Below are positions 21,632-32,836 of a stretch of DNA of 64,000 nt, piece by piece (position 1 is the first letter of the stretch; each line of letters starts with the position of its first letter). The position numbers and the translations under genes were made by a program. Source of the stretch: an uncultured Acidobacteriota bacterium (lineage in GTDB: Bacteria; Acidobacteriota; Blastocatellia; RBC074); assembly GCA_963796275.1 (NCBI GenBank), contig CAWCKY010000007.1:864001-928000 (forward strand). The letters are read 5' to 3'. The notes under the pieces are model-generated. The model was not told the DNA's origin and searched no databases. It saw only the letters and a list, made by a program, of their open reading frames with translations.

Positions 21632-22705
21632 CTATTTTTCATCCCTCGCCGCGCGAAGTTGTTTCAAGTCTCGCAACAACGCTGCGGCTTTGGATGTCAG
21701 ATCTTCGCCCAATTCACGGCATCTGGCGACATCAGCTTCGGCTTCTTCCAGCTTGCCCTGCGCCAACCGTGTGACGCCGCGATTGCAATAGGCGACCGCC
21801 AGGCGTGGGTTGAGTTCCAGCGCCTGATTGAAATCTGTAATCGCCCGCGTGTAATCCTGCTTCGCAAACCAGGCCGCGCCACGGTGGTTCCAGGCCTTGG
21901 CCAATTCCAGGTCGATCGCAAGCGCACGGTTCAAGTCATCCAGTGCGCGGTCAGGCTCGCCTTTCATCAGCCACAGGCGGCCACGATTGATGTAAAAGAT
22001 CGCTTGCTGCGGATTGAGCGCGACGGCGTGGTCGAGATCCGCGAGCGCGCCGTCCAGATCGCCCTTCTCCTGCCGCGACACACCGCGACCATTCCAGGCA
22101 TCGGCATTGCGCGCGTCTAGCTTGAGCGCCTGGTTGCAATCAGCGAGCGCCGCATTCAGCGCGCCCTGAAGATAATGGACGCTGCAGCGGTTGCTCCATC
22201 CAACAGCATTGCGCGAATCGAGCTTGATAGCCTGATCTAAATCAGCGATGGCGGCGGTAAGATCGCCCTGATCGCCTAGCGCCCTGCCGCGGTTGATCCA
22301 GGCTCGTGCTTCGCGAGGGTTGTACTTAATTGCGCGACTGAAATCGTTGATCCCCGCCGCGCGCTCGCCCTGCCCATAGCGGATACCCCCACGATTCAAG
22401 TAGGCGTCGGCGCAACCCGGGTTCAACTCAATGGCGCGGTCATAATCGCTGACGGCACCTGTCAGGTCGCTTTTGCGTTGCCGGGCGACGGCGCGGTTGT
22501 AATAGGCCACTCCAGAACGCGAATCAAAGGCGATGGCGAGGTCGTAATCGGCGATTGCGCGCTCAATTTCGCCCTTCGCCATCCACGAATTACCGCGTTC
22601 GAGATATGAAGCTGCTGAGGACGCGCGAGAATTTTGAGCTTGAACATTGGCCGCCGCGAGCCAGAGTAAGAAGATTAAACCGTGCAAGATTCTTGGACTG
22701 GCCAT
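21632..22705 (-). CDS. Secreted tetratricopeptide-repeat protein
   Basis: Signal peptide and about nine 34-aa A(Y/W)xNRG...AIAD(Y/F)xxA(I/L)xLxP repeats. Confidence 0.9.
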   Translation of the reverse strand: MASPRILHGLIFLLWLAAANVQAQNSRASSAASYLERGNSWMAKGEIERAIADYDLAIAFDSRSGVAYYNRAVARQRKSDLTGAVSDYDRAIELNPGCADAYLNRGGIRYGQGERAAGINDFSRAIKYNPREARAWINRGRALGDQGDLTAAIADLDQAIKLDSRNAVGWSNRCSVHYLQGALNAALADCNQALKLDARNADAWNGRGVSRQEKGDLDGALADLDHAVALNPQQAIFYINRGRLWLMKGEPDRALDDLNRALAIDLELAKAWNHRGAAWFAKQDYTRAITDFNQALELNPRLAVAYCNRGVTRLAQGKLEEAEADVARCRELGEDLTSKAAALLRDLKQLRAARDEK

Positions 22706-22814
22706 CGTCTCTCCTTTTGCGCTACCGGGTTACTGCTATAGAAGACAGGCGTAGCCGAATTGCAACGAACACACGCCTGTCTCCGAACGAGCCTGCACTT
22801 GCAAACAGGCCCTC

Positions 22815-22918
22815 GGCTGAGGACGAAATTAGGGATGTTTGCGAAGCCCCGGTTATTTGTTATTCAGCGTCCCGTAAATGATCCCCAGAAACTTGCGGGC
22901 CGTAGCGATGATCGACTT
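22815..22918 (-). mobile_element. IS110-family transposase C-terminal relic
   Basis: KSIIATARKFLGIIYGTLNN, then a frameshift, then FANIPNFVL. This resembles the IS110 tail K(A)IIAxARKxLxIIY. Confidence 0.6.
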
Positions 22919-23537
22919 GCTATATTCTCTGGGACTTAGCTTTCCGAGGGCTGCCGATGTAAAGCGATGAGCATTGAACTATTGCTTGGTCATTTAACCG
23001 CACTACAATCCACTCTCTTTACGTCAGGTCCAGCGGCAAATACCTCTCGATAAGTTCAAACGAAGTCGAATGATTCACGATTCGAAAGAGCGGCAGGAGC
23101 TGATACTTGGCCAAGTCGCACACTCTCGACTACTCTCGGACATCGCGTTTGATTGTTCCGTCCACTCTGACAGGCGCTCGATACCACTGAAACCGCAACA
23201 TCGCAGAAATTATTTTGGATTTGCCCCTTCGGGCGTTCGTATCTTGACACTGTTGTCCGGTGTGACGCACAATCTTTATGCGTATCCGAAGCTATCATCT
23301 TTTTTTACTGCTGATACGAATAGTCCCGATAGTCAGCGGGGCGTAGTATCCGGTCACCGTCATCACAATCGGAAACCTGCGCGTCCCGATTTCTCCTTGC
23401 GTGCTTGATCTACTGTCTTCCATCTCGTAAGGCGAAAAACGACTCCGAAACACGACACATCAGCTCAGCTTTTTTACCTCAGTGAAGTAGGCGGGACTCT
23501 TATCTACTTTGTGCGTACCCGACTGGTTCAAACGAAT

Positions 23538-24119
23538 ATGGAAAACACACCTGCCGCCGACATTTTTGAAACGACACGGCTGCTGAAGGCGTGGAGCGAG
23601 GGGGACGAAATGGCGCTGGAGCGGCTGGTTCCTCTGGTTGACGCCGAGATGCGCCGCCTGGCGCGCCATTACCTGCGGCAGGAACGGCCCGATCACATCC
23701 TGCAAACGACAGCGCTAGTCAACGAAGCGTGGGTGAGGTTGATCAACTGGCCGGATGTGGGTTGGCAGAACCGCGCCCATTTCATCGGCCTAGCTGCACA
23801 ACTGATGCGTCGCGTCCTTGTAGACGAAGCGAGGCGGCGGCGCGCGCAGAAATACGGGGGCGACGCCGTGCAGGTTTCACTCGCCAACGCCGAAGGGGTG
23901 GCGCTCGAAAAGGGTACGGACCTGTCTGCGTTGGACGACGCGCTAAACGAACTGGCGGCTTTCGACGAGCGCCAGAGCAAGATTGTCGAACTACGTTTCT
24001 TTGGCGGGCTGAGCCTGGAGGAGATCGGCGCCGCGCTGAAGATTTCTCCACGCACGGTGCAGCGCGAATGGAGTCTGGCACAGGCGTGGCTTTACCGTGA
24101 GCTTAGGGGAGAGAAGTAA
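23538..24119 (+). CDS. ECF sigma factor of the kinase-associated type (TIGR02999-like)
   Basis: TRLLKAWSEGD...HILQTTALVNEAW...WQNRAHF...VELRFFGGLS...TVQREW. The stop overlaps the kinase start (TAATG). Confidence 0.9.
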   Translation: MENTPAADIFETTRLLKAWSEGDEMALERLVPLVDAEMRRLARHYLRQERPDHILQTTALVNEAWVRLINWPDVGWQNRAHFIGLAAQLMRRVLVDEARRRRAQKYGGDAVQVSLANAEGVALEKGTDLSALDDALNELAAFDERQSKIVELRFFGGLSLEEIGAALKISPRTVQREWSLAQAWLYRELRGEK

Positions 24120-27100
24120 TGGACGCGAAGCTGTGGGTGCAAATCAAGGAGGTCTATGATCGCGCGCTCGGTCTCCGCCGCGAAGAGCGCGAGCGCATTC
24201 TTGCTGAGGCATGCGCTGGCGACGCCGATCTTCGCCGTGAAGTCGAATCTCTGCTCGCCGCTCACGAAGACGCCGGAACATTCCTTCAAGCGCCCGCCGT
24301 CGAGGTTGCTGCTCGTGAAATTATCGCCGACCAATTTATATCTACCGTTACCGTAATCTCGTCTGCGGCGCCTAACCTCATCGGGCGGGAACTAGCGAAT
24401 TACAGAATCATTTCACTTTTGGCCAAGGGGGGGATGGGTGAGGTATATCTCGCACAAGACACATCCCTCAGACGCAAGATCGCGCTCAAGATACTCCCCA
24501 CTAAATTCACAGCCGATGAAGACCGGTTGAAACGTTTTGTGCAAGAAGCTCAGTCGGCATCCAGCCTCAATCACCCGAACATCATCACGATTTATGAGAT
24601 TGGATATGTCAACGATGTACACTTCATCGCCACGGAGTTTATTGACGGCCAGACGCTCCGCAAGCTGATCGCGGAATCGTGCCTTACACTTCGCGATGTT
24701 CTTGATCTCGCCACACAAATTGCCAGCGCTATGGCTGCCGCACACGCTGCGGGCATTGTGCATCGTGACATCAAGCCAGAGAACATTATGGTGCGCCCAG
24801 ACGGCCTGGCCAAAGTCCTCGATTTCGGCGTCGCCAAGTTGACGGAGGCACCCCCGACAATGATTGAGGCTCACCCTTCAATTGCTAATGAGTCGAGCAC
24901 CAAGTCCGGAATAATGGGGACGCCGCAGTACATGTCACCGGAGCAGGCGCTTGGGCAGAAGGTGGATACGCGCACGGACATCTTCAGTTTGGGCATAGTG
25001 CTCTATGAGATGATCACCGGAACCATGCCATTCGGGGGCGAGTCGATGGACGATGTGATCGCCGCGCTCCTCAGGAGCCGACCACTACCGCTGTCTCATT
25101 TCTTCCCCGGGGTACCACACGAGTTGGAGCGGATTGTTGAGAAGACTCTGCTCAAAGACCGTAGACTCCGATATCAAATCGTCAACGCCTTGCAACTCGA
25201 TCTCAAAAACCTCAAAGAGAACCTGGATTTTGAGGACCGACTGGCTGGCACCTACCGGCGGCGATTGCGGGATAGAATGATGGTTAAAACGAATGTCTAT
25301 TCGACGAGAGAAGAACTACAGCTGGAATCCACGGTGCGGAACCGCGAAGTCTCCGATAAACAACCTGTTTCCAACACCGAACATCTGCGCAAAGCTATCA
25401 ATCGGCACAGGCGCAACGCGCCGTTGATTCTGGCAGCGCTCGCCATAGTCACCTTCGGCCTTGTCTTTGGATGGCATAGAGGTATTGATATACAAGAAGT
25501 TGATGAGCAGCGAGCCGAGCCTTTTAAGACGATCAATATCATCCGTCAAACGAACACAGGAAAAGCCATCCGCTCTGCCATCTCCCCGGATGGTAAATAC
25601 ATTGTTTACGCGCTCAACGATGCCGGGCAACAAAGCCTCTGGCTTGGACAGGTGAATACTATGAATAGTACACCGATCGTGCCACCGGCCCCGGTCAATT
25701 ATCTGGGAATCACATTTTCGGGCGATGGCAGTTTTATTTATTACGTCAGGTCGGAGCCGGAGGGTGTGCTCTATCGCACACCCACACTGAGCGGCGCAGT
25801 GCGAAAGCTGCTTGTCAATGTGGACAGCCCGATCACTTTTTCCCCCGATGGCAAACAGGTCGCTTTTGTGCGCTTTGGTGGGGGATCAGCCAAGGGTTTC
25901 TTGATGATCGCACAAGAAGACGGCAGCAACGAGAAGACGCTCTCTGAGCTCAGCGATCGGAATATAATCCGCAAAACCGGTCCGGCCTGGTCACCTGATG
26001 GCAAGCTGATCGCCTGTGCCGTTGATAATCCTACTCGCGCTTCCCACACAGTGGTCGGTGTGCCCCTCGAGGGCGGGGCAGAAATACCGCTCACAACGCA
26101 GCAGTGGGCGGCTGTTGGACAGGTCGCCTGGTTGTCAGATGGCAGTGGTCTGCTTGTGGCGGCGGCAGAACGGGATTCGAATTTGATGCAGATTCTGGCA
26201 TATCTCCTATCCGGGAGGTGCAGCCCGTCGGGTAACTACTGACCTGAGCACATATTCAAATATCAGCCTGACAGCCGACTCCAGATCTTTTACCACCATC
26301 AGGACTGATCAGTTTATGAATATTTGGGTCGCGCCACCAGGAGGTGATGCCAGTCGCGCCGTCCAGATCACCGCCGGAGCGCAAAGGGTAGATGGGTTTC
26401 GCGGCCTGGTCTGGACGCATGATAACAAGATCGTCTACCGCACGATTCAGAATGGCAATCCCAACATCTGGATGATGAATTCGAGTGGGACGGGTAACAG
26501 GCAACTATCGAATGATGCCGATCAAAACCTTGATCCGACAGTCACACCCGATGGCCGATACATCGTCTGGTCGTCGAGCCCTGAAGTCAATCGCAACATC
26601 TGGCGCATGGAGTTGGACGGCAGAAGTCCTCAGAAATTGACCAATGGCCCTGGCGAATGGTTCCCGCAAATAACGCCCGATGGGAAGTGGCTGGTCTACC
26701 AGTCGCACGGTACCAAGGAGATCAATCGGGTTTTGAAGAAAGTCCCACTTATTGGCGGTGATTCTGTGCAATTGACTGACAAGGCGTCCTGGGCGCCGGC
26801 CCTTTCGCCTGATGGTAAAATGATCGCCTGTAACTATTATCCGAAAGCAGGAGCTCCGAACAAAATTGCAGTCATCTCGATTGATGGTGGCCCTCCTATC
26901 AAGGTCTACGAGGTTACGGGGGAAAATGATCGGCCCATCCGCTGGAAGCCGGATGGACGGGCGCTGGCATTTGCCGTCACGAAAGGCGGCATCTCTAACA
27001 TCTGGACCCAACCGATCGCGGGCGGCCCGCGAAGGCAATTGACGCAGTTCACCTCGCATCAAATCATCAATTTTGCCTGGTCACGCGATGGCCGGCAACT

Positions 27101-27158
27101 CGCCTTGTCGCGCAGCCTGGTATACAACGATGTGGTGATCATCAGAGACATCAGATAG
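24119..27158 (+). CDS. Hanks-type Ser/Thr kinase with TM helix and TolB/PD40 propeller repeats, split by a +1 frameshift near 26193
   Basis: GGMGEVY, HRDIKPEN, VLDFG, GTPQYMSPEQ and many SPDG repeats. Removing one T gives QIWHISYPGGAARRVTTDL..., in frame with ORF 26316-27158. Confidence 0.9.
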
Positions 27159-27452
27159 GGAGTGAGTCAGAGCTCTAGAACTTTCCTCAGCCTTTCCGCG
27201 AGCAGTGCAAGCCTGGGGCTATTGGCCTGAGAGTTACGCATCCATTCATCCGAACAATGGCCGCTCCGCTCACCTACAAAACCAATAGCCGGCCCGCCAG
27301 TATTGAGCGCGTAATGAAGGCGTGCAGTAGATCGTGTCGATGACGTTTTTGACGTGGGCAGCTATGGCATCCGACCTGGTTATGGCACAATACTCCCCGT
27401 TTCCCTATTAGCTGTAGCACAACATTTCGGTCCCCTAACAGGAGGTGTAACC

Positions 27453-28646
27453 ATGCTTCGCTGGTTGCTTTCTTGGGCATTGCTCATCGTAGTCTGCAGC
27501 TTCACTTCCTCCGGTCAGACGGCGAAATTGCAGGATCCAAGGTACCCCTCGCGTCCTGGTTTCCAGCCCGCGCCCGAGGCGCCGGCTATGCCGACGGCCC
27601 TGATGAAACTGCCCAGGACTAATATTACTTCTGCCAAGTTTCCAGCTCTCGACTTCCATTTCCATGGCTCGCGACTCAGGACTGCCGAAGACTATAAAGA
27701 ACTGATCAAGCTGATGGACGATACCGGCGTCGGCGTGATCTGCAACATGGACGGTGGATTCGGAAAAAACTTCGATCAGAATATTAGATTGGGCGAGACC
27801 TTCCGTGATCGCGTCATTCATTTTGCCCGACTCGACTTTGAAGGGATCAATGAGACAGGATGGTCCGCCAGGACTGCCGCGGAACTGGAGCGCTGTTTTC
27901 TGGCCGGCGCGGCGGGGCTGAAGATCAATAAAGTACTCGGGCTCGATCTGAAAAATTCCGACGGCGCCTATATCCAATCCGATGATCCGCGATTCGATCC
28001 GATCTGGGAAATGTGTGCCAAGCACAACAAGCCAGTCATGATCCACACGAGCGACTCTTATGGGCGATTCCTTCCCATCGGCCCGGAAAACGAGCGCTAC
28101 GAAGCCGGGCTTTGGCGGAACAGCCCCGAGGGGAATTACTACCAGACCGGGCAGCCGACTCCCGACGTGATCGACAAGGCTCGCGAAAACATGCACGCCA
28201 GGCATCCCAAGACGCGCTTCGTCAACGCGCACATGGCGATGCTGTACTACGATATGGATAAAGTCGCTGCGCTGTTGGACAAGTATTCCAATGCGGATGT
28301 CGAAATCTCCGCGACCGTTCAGGACCTGGGCCGTGCGCCCCTGATGATTCGAAAGTTCATTCTCAAATATCAGGACCGCATCCTCTTCGGATCCGACGGC
28401 AATCCCGGCCGGGGGATTGAAGAGTTCTGGGTGCCTCACTGGAGGTTCCTCGAGACCTATGATGAACACTTCGATCATCCGGCCCAGCTTCGTTCGGCCA
28501 CGGGCGCCCCGCTGCACGGACGGTGGCGAATTTATGGCATCGGCCTTCCGGACGGCGTCCTGCGCAAAGTTTACTATGCCAATGCCCTGCGGTACCTGCC
28601 GTCGGCCCGTGCTTCGATTCAGAAGCAACTCGCGGCGCGACGCTAG
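27453..28646 (+). CDS. Secreted amidohydrolase-family (TIM-barrel metallohydrolase) protein
   Basis: AGGAGG RBS before ATG 27453, signal peptide, DFHFH, GLKI, MIHTSD, VNAH, RILFGSD. Confidence 0.85.
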   Translation: MLRWLLSWALLIVVCSFTSSGQTAKLQDPRYPSRPGFQPAPEAPAMPTALMKLPRTNITSAKFPALDFHFHGSRLRTAEDYKELIKLMDDTGVGVICNMDGGFGKNFDQNIRLGETFRDRVIHFARLDFEGINETGWSARTAAELERCFLAGAAGLKINKVLGLDLKNSDGAYIQSDDPRFDPIWEMCAKHNKPVMIHTSDSYGRFLPIGPENERYEAGLWRNSPEGNYYQTGQPTPDVIDKARENMHARHPKTRFVNAHMAMLYYDMDKVAALLDKYSNADVEISATVQDLGRAPLMIRKFILKYQDRILFGSDGNPGRGIEEFWVPHWRFLETYDEHFDHPAQLRSATGAPLHGRWRIYGIGLPDGVLRKVYYANALRYLPSARASIQKQLAARR

Positions 28647-28661
28647 AACTCTGGCGGTCAG

Positions 28662-30347
28662 ATGATCGGGATAGATCGAATCCAAACCTGGAGTCTCAGA
28701 ATGCCGGAAAGAATCCTGATAATCGTCTCTCTACTTGGCGTTGTACTGTTGGCGCTGGCTCCCACCTCAATAGGTCAATCGCCATCGTCCCGTGGCTTGC
28801 CGGTCACGTCTGAAAGGCTGCTTAAAGCAACGGAAGAGCCGGGCAATTGGCTAACCTATGGCGGCGATTATCGGAGCCATCATTACAGCAGCTTGAACCA
28901 GATCACCGCCGACAATGTCCACCGGCTCCGCGCCAGGTGGATCTATCAAATGCATCGCCCGAAGGTCGAGGCCACTCCGATTGTCGTGGATGGCGTGATG
29001 TACCTCACGCGCCCGCCCAGCGATGTGATTGCCCTCGACGCTGAAACCGGGCGCGCGTTATGGACCTTCGAGTACAGGTTTGCTGCCAACGTCTATACAT
29101 GCTGCGGTCAGGTCAATCGTGGCCTCGCGATCCTTGGCACCACTCTTTTCATAACAACGCTGGATGCCAAGCTGGTGGCGCTCGATGCGCGTTCCGGTCG
29201 CATGCTCTGGAAAAGAGAGCTGGCAGACTCCGGTCTCAACTACACGGCTACCGGCGCCCCGCTCGTGATCAAAGATAAGGTGATCGTTGGGATCGCGGGT
29301 GCAGAAGGCGGCATTCGCGGCTTCCTCGACGCTTACAATGCGCAAACGGGCGAGCGCGTATGGCGGTTCTGGACCATACCGGCGCCGGGCGAGCCGGGCT
29401 CGGAGACTTGGGAGGGCGGTGGCAATGCGTGGAAGCACGGCGGAGGATCGACCTGGATCACTGGCTCCTATGATATGGACCTGAACCTCGTCTATTGGGG
29501 CACGGGCAATCCCGGTCCCGATTACAACGGCGACGTTCGTCCCGGGGACAACCTCTATACATGCTCGTTGCTCGCGCTGGATGCGGACACCGGAAAGTTG
29601 AAGTGGCATTTCCAATTCACTCCGCACGACACACATGATTGGGATGCCACGCAGGTTCCGGTCCTGCTCGATTCAACGTTTGACGGGCGTCCTCGCAAAC
29701 TGGTGGTCGTTCCCAGCCGTAATGGCTTCCATTATGTCCTCGACCGCGTAACCGGTGAATTCTTGTTAGCGAAGCCATATGTGAAGCAGACCTGGGCCAA
29801 AGAGATCGATAAGAAGGGGCGTCCTGTTCTCAACTCGAATCAGGATCCGACATACGAAGGTAATGATTTGGTCTGGCCAGGAGTAGACGGCGGCAATAAC
29901 TGGATGTCGCCCAGTTACAATCCCGATACGAAGCTCCTTTATTTCAACGCGCGCGAAGAACGGCGCCGTTACTTTAAGACCGATGCCCCGGAATTTCGAC
30001 CAGGCGAATCTTACTTCGGCGGAGGCGGAGGTGGAGGGGCGCGTTTCCGTCCCGAAGAGAGCTGGGGCCGTTTGATTGCCATGACGCCGGAGACGGGAGA
30101 GATCAAGTGGGAGCACCGCATCCTGGCGCCACCATGGGCCGGGGTGCTCTCGACCGCGGGGAACCTGGTCTTCTCGGCTACGCCGAGCGGGAACTTCTAT
30201 GCTCTTGATGCGCGCACGGGCAAGGAGCTATGGCATTTCAGCGGGGGTGATCGCGTCTTCGCCAGCCCGATTACCTTCCTAAGCCGAGGCAAGCAGTTGG
30301 TCGCGATTCCGATTGGGGACATCCTCATCGCTTTTGGACTCGACTGA
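28662..30347 (+). CDS. PQQ-type beta-propeller dehydrogenase (methanol/ethanol dehydrogenase-like, acidobacterial)
   Basis: NWLTYGGDY, vicinal Cys TCCGQVNRG, GAEGGIRG, WGTGNPGP, PHDTHDWDA and multiple ALDAxTGxxxW Trp-docking motifs. Confidence 0.9.
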   Translation: MIGIDRIQTWSLRMPERILIIVSLLGVVLLALAPTSIGQSPSSRGLPVTSERLLKATEEPGNWLTYGGDYRSHHYSSLNQITADNVHRLRARWIYQMHRPKVEATPIVVDGVMYLTRPPSDVIALDAETGRALWTFEYRFAANVYTCCGQVNRGLAILGTTLFITTLDAKLVALDARSGRMLWKRELADSGLNYTATGAPLVIKDKVIVGIAGAEGGIRGFLDAYNAQTGERVWRFWTIPAPGEPGSETWEGGGNAWKHGGGSTWITGSYDMDLNLVYWGTGNPGPDYNGDVRPGDNLYTCSLLALDADTGKLKWHFQFTPHDTHDWDATQVPVLLDSTFDGRPRKLVVVPSRNGFHYVLDRVTGEFLLAKPYVKQTWAKEIDKKGRPVLNSNQDPTYEGNDLVWPGVDGGNNWMSPSYNPDTKLLYFNAREERRRYFKTDAPEFRPGESYFGGGGGGGARFRPEESWGRLIAMTPETGEIKWEHRILAPPWAGVLSTAGNLVFSATPSGNFYALDARTGKELWHFSGGDRVFASPITFLSRGKQLVAIPIGDILIAFGLD

Positions 30348-30357
30348 ACAGTTTCTT

Positions 30358-31164
30358 ATGCGAAGAATCTTTCTGATCGCCTACTGTTTGATGAGTTGTG
30401 CGCTTGCAATGCAGGCGCAAAGACCGGCAACGCAATCTCGGGCCAGCCTCCCGGAAGCAAACCCTTATACCACAGCAGCGGACCTGGTAGCCGGGCGTAA
30501 GCTCTATGTTGGCCGGTGCGGTCACTGTCACGGCAAGAACGGCGAAGGCGGGCGCGGCGCCACTCTGAACACAGGCCGGTTTAAACACGGGAGTTCCGAC
30601 CGTGAAATATTCCTAGTTATCCGCAACGGCATTCCCAACACGGAAATGCCGGGCACGTTCAGTTCTCCCGAAGCCGAAGTTTGGCGCATGGTCGCATACG
30701 TGCGGCAATTGGGGCGGCAAGGGACGCCGGAGCCGGTCACAGGCGACCCAGCGGCAGGAGCCATCATCTATCAGAAGAACGGCTGCGCGTCCTGCCATAG
30801 CATCGACGGGAAAGGTGGCCTCTTGGGACCGGACCTTTCGGACATTGGAGACAAGCGCGCAATACGGCATTTACGCGAATCGATCGTGGAGCCGAACATT
30901 GATATTCCGCTCGACTATCGCACGGTGGAGGTGATCAGCATAACGGGGAAGAGCAGCAGCGGGATTCATCTCAATGAAGATGAATATTCGATCCACCTGC
31001 GCGACATAAAGGGCGATCTGCGGTCTTTTATGAAGAGCGAACTTAAAGAGATTAAGTTGCCCAGGGAGTCCCTGATGCCGGGGTATGCCTCGCTTTCAAA
31101 CGACGATCTGGAAAATCTGGTTGGGTATCTCGGTTCTTTGCGACAAACGCGGAGGGCACAGTGA
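30358..31164 (+). CDS. Di-heme c-type cytochrome
   Basis: Signal peptide, CGHCH and CASCH, GPDLSDIG, C-terminal SLMP. Confidence 0.9.
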   Translation: MRRIFLIAYCLMSCALAMQAQRPATQSRASLPEANPYTTAADLVAGRKLYVGRCGHCHGKNGEGGRGATLNTGRFKHGSSDREIFLVIRNGIPNTEMPGTFSSPEAEVWRMVAYVRQLGRQGTPEPVTGDPAAGAIIYQKNGCASCHSIDGKGGLLGPDLSDIGDKRAIRHLRESIVEPNIDIPLDYRTVEVISITGKSSSGIHLNEDEYSIHLRDIKGDLRSFMKSELKEIKLPRESLMPGYASLSNDDLENLVGYLGSLRQTRRAQ

Positions 31165-31880
31165 CCTTTAGGACCATTATCCGCGACTCTGTCGCGGCAC
31201 TGGCAATTCTTGGCATGTTAGAGCCTGGTTCGAGCGGCGGAGGGATTATGGATCAGACATTCGAGAGCGTAATGTGGACCTTTGACCGGCTTGAGAATAT
31301 TGGCGGCCATAAAACCACGGTTCTTGGACAACCCAAAGTCATCGATTCGCGTGCCGGCAAGGCTGTCGAGTTCGACGGTGTGGATGATGCGTTATTCATT
31401 GACAACCACCCGCTGGCGGGTGCCAGGACCTTCACCTGGGAGGCCATCTTCCGTCCCGATGGAGGACAGAGGGAGCAGCGCTGGTTTCATATAAGTGAGC
31501 AGGATCCCCAGACTGGTGCTGACACAGACAACCGGATGCTCTTTGAAATCCGGGTCGTCGATGATCAGTGGTATCTCGACAGCTACATCCAATCGGGAAT
31601 CGAGAGCAAAGCCCTGATGAACCGCAATGCGCTTCACCCGCTCAGAGCCTGGTATCACGTCGCGTCTGTATATGACGGTCAGGAATTCAGGAATTATGTA
31701 GATGGCGTTCTAGAAGGCTCGGCCCAACTACAACTGCCTCCTCAAGGAGCGGGCCATACGTCGATCGGAGTGCGGATCAACAAAGTGTTCTATTTTAAGG
31801 GAGCCGTTCAGATGGCTCGCTTTACGCGGAAGGCGCTATCGCCTTCCGAGTTCCTCCAGCCCTCGGCTCGCGTGCGATGA
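31161..31880 (+). CDS. LamG/concanavalin A-like jellyroll protein
   Basis: AVEFDGVDD, FTWEAIF, WYHVASVYDG, NYVDG, FKG. Overlaps the cytochrome stop (GTGA). Confidence 0.8.
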   Translation: MTFRTIIRDSVAALAILGMLEPGSSGGGIMDQTFESVMWTFDRLENIGGHKTTVLGQPKVIDSRAGKAVEFDGVDDALFIDNHPLAGARTFTWEAIFRPDGGQREQRWFHISEQDPQTGADTDNRMLFEIRVVDDQWYLDSYIQSGIESKALMNRNALHPLRAWYHVASVYDGQEFRNYVDGVLEGSAQLQLPPQGAGHTSIGVRINKVFYFKGAVQMARFTRKALSPSEFLQPSARVR

Positions 31881-32270
31881 TAATTTTCGCCGTCCGATAC
31901 TTGAGATGTCTTTGATGTTTCGTGATTACACTCAGATTCTGGTTGATTCTATGTAACTAAATAGAAAATGAATAAAAAGCATTCTTATGTACGCTTATTT
32001 GTACCATTTTCTTGCATTTTTAGGATAGGAAACGGCAGGTTAGCGGATTACGGTTGGGATCGCTCAATAGATTTTCTCTGCAATTACAATGGTTTAGATG
32101 TTGTGGTAAGGGAAAATACGGGGGATGCCTCAGCGATGGTACGGTCCTTGCACTAAGTATATACCGACAAGCAATGCTTCAGCAGTTTAGGTACTCGAAT
32201 ACGGAAGGTGTTGGGGGACATCTTAAACGACTGTCGCGAACGTAGTGATTGTTCCGTATATAGAGATAGG

Positions 32271-32327
32271 ATGGCTGCTTGATTCCGCATAGTTCTTGGG
32301 GGAGGCTATACGGAATCGAGCAGCCAT
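32271..32327. repeat. 22-bp inverted repeat hairpin
   Basis: ATGGCTGCTTGATTCCGCATAG / CTATACGGAATCGAGCAGCCAT with a 13-nt loop, followed by a T-rich tract. Confidence 0.7.
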
Positions 32328-32836
32328 TCTTGCTTTTTCAGAGATCATTTCTATTCCGCACATCAATCTCTTATCACATCTCTTTGTTACTTTTTTCTGT
32401 GCACGCGATTCACGGTGACTTCCTGGTGCAGGTGAGCGTTGCGGGTTTCTATGCCGGGGAAACCACGCGGCCGATCTCGATCTCAGCCTCATCGTGATCA
32501 TCGTGATGGAAATCCTCGACGGGAGGCAAATATGAACAACTCTTATTGACTCGAATGAGAGTCAAAACCAACTTTTCGATGGAACCTGCAATATTTCGCT
32601 CAATTCGCTCAATAAGATAATCTTCCACACGGTTTCCAGCCATTTCCGCGAGATCTTGCCGGCACCGGCCTTGAGATGCTATCTCAAGCAAAATATATCA
32701 TTCGAAATTGTCCACTATTGAACAGAACCCAACTACAACTTGATCGATCTTATTCTCTAAGGAATGAGCCGATGACCGCACGCAAACCACAAATCAAAAC
32801 CAAAAAAAATCCAGCACTACTCAATAGAAGGACACC

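Noticed and set aside
27435-28685. 416-aa antisense ORF over the amidohydrolase
   Set aside because: It is a shadow frame of a GC-rich gene with no recognisable motifs.
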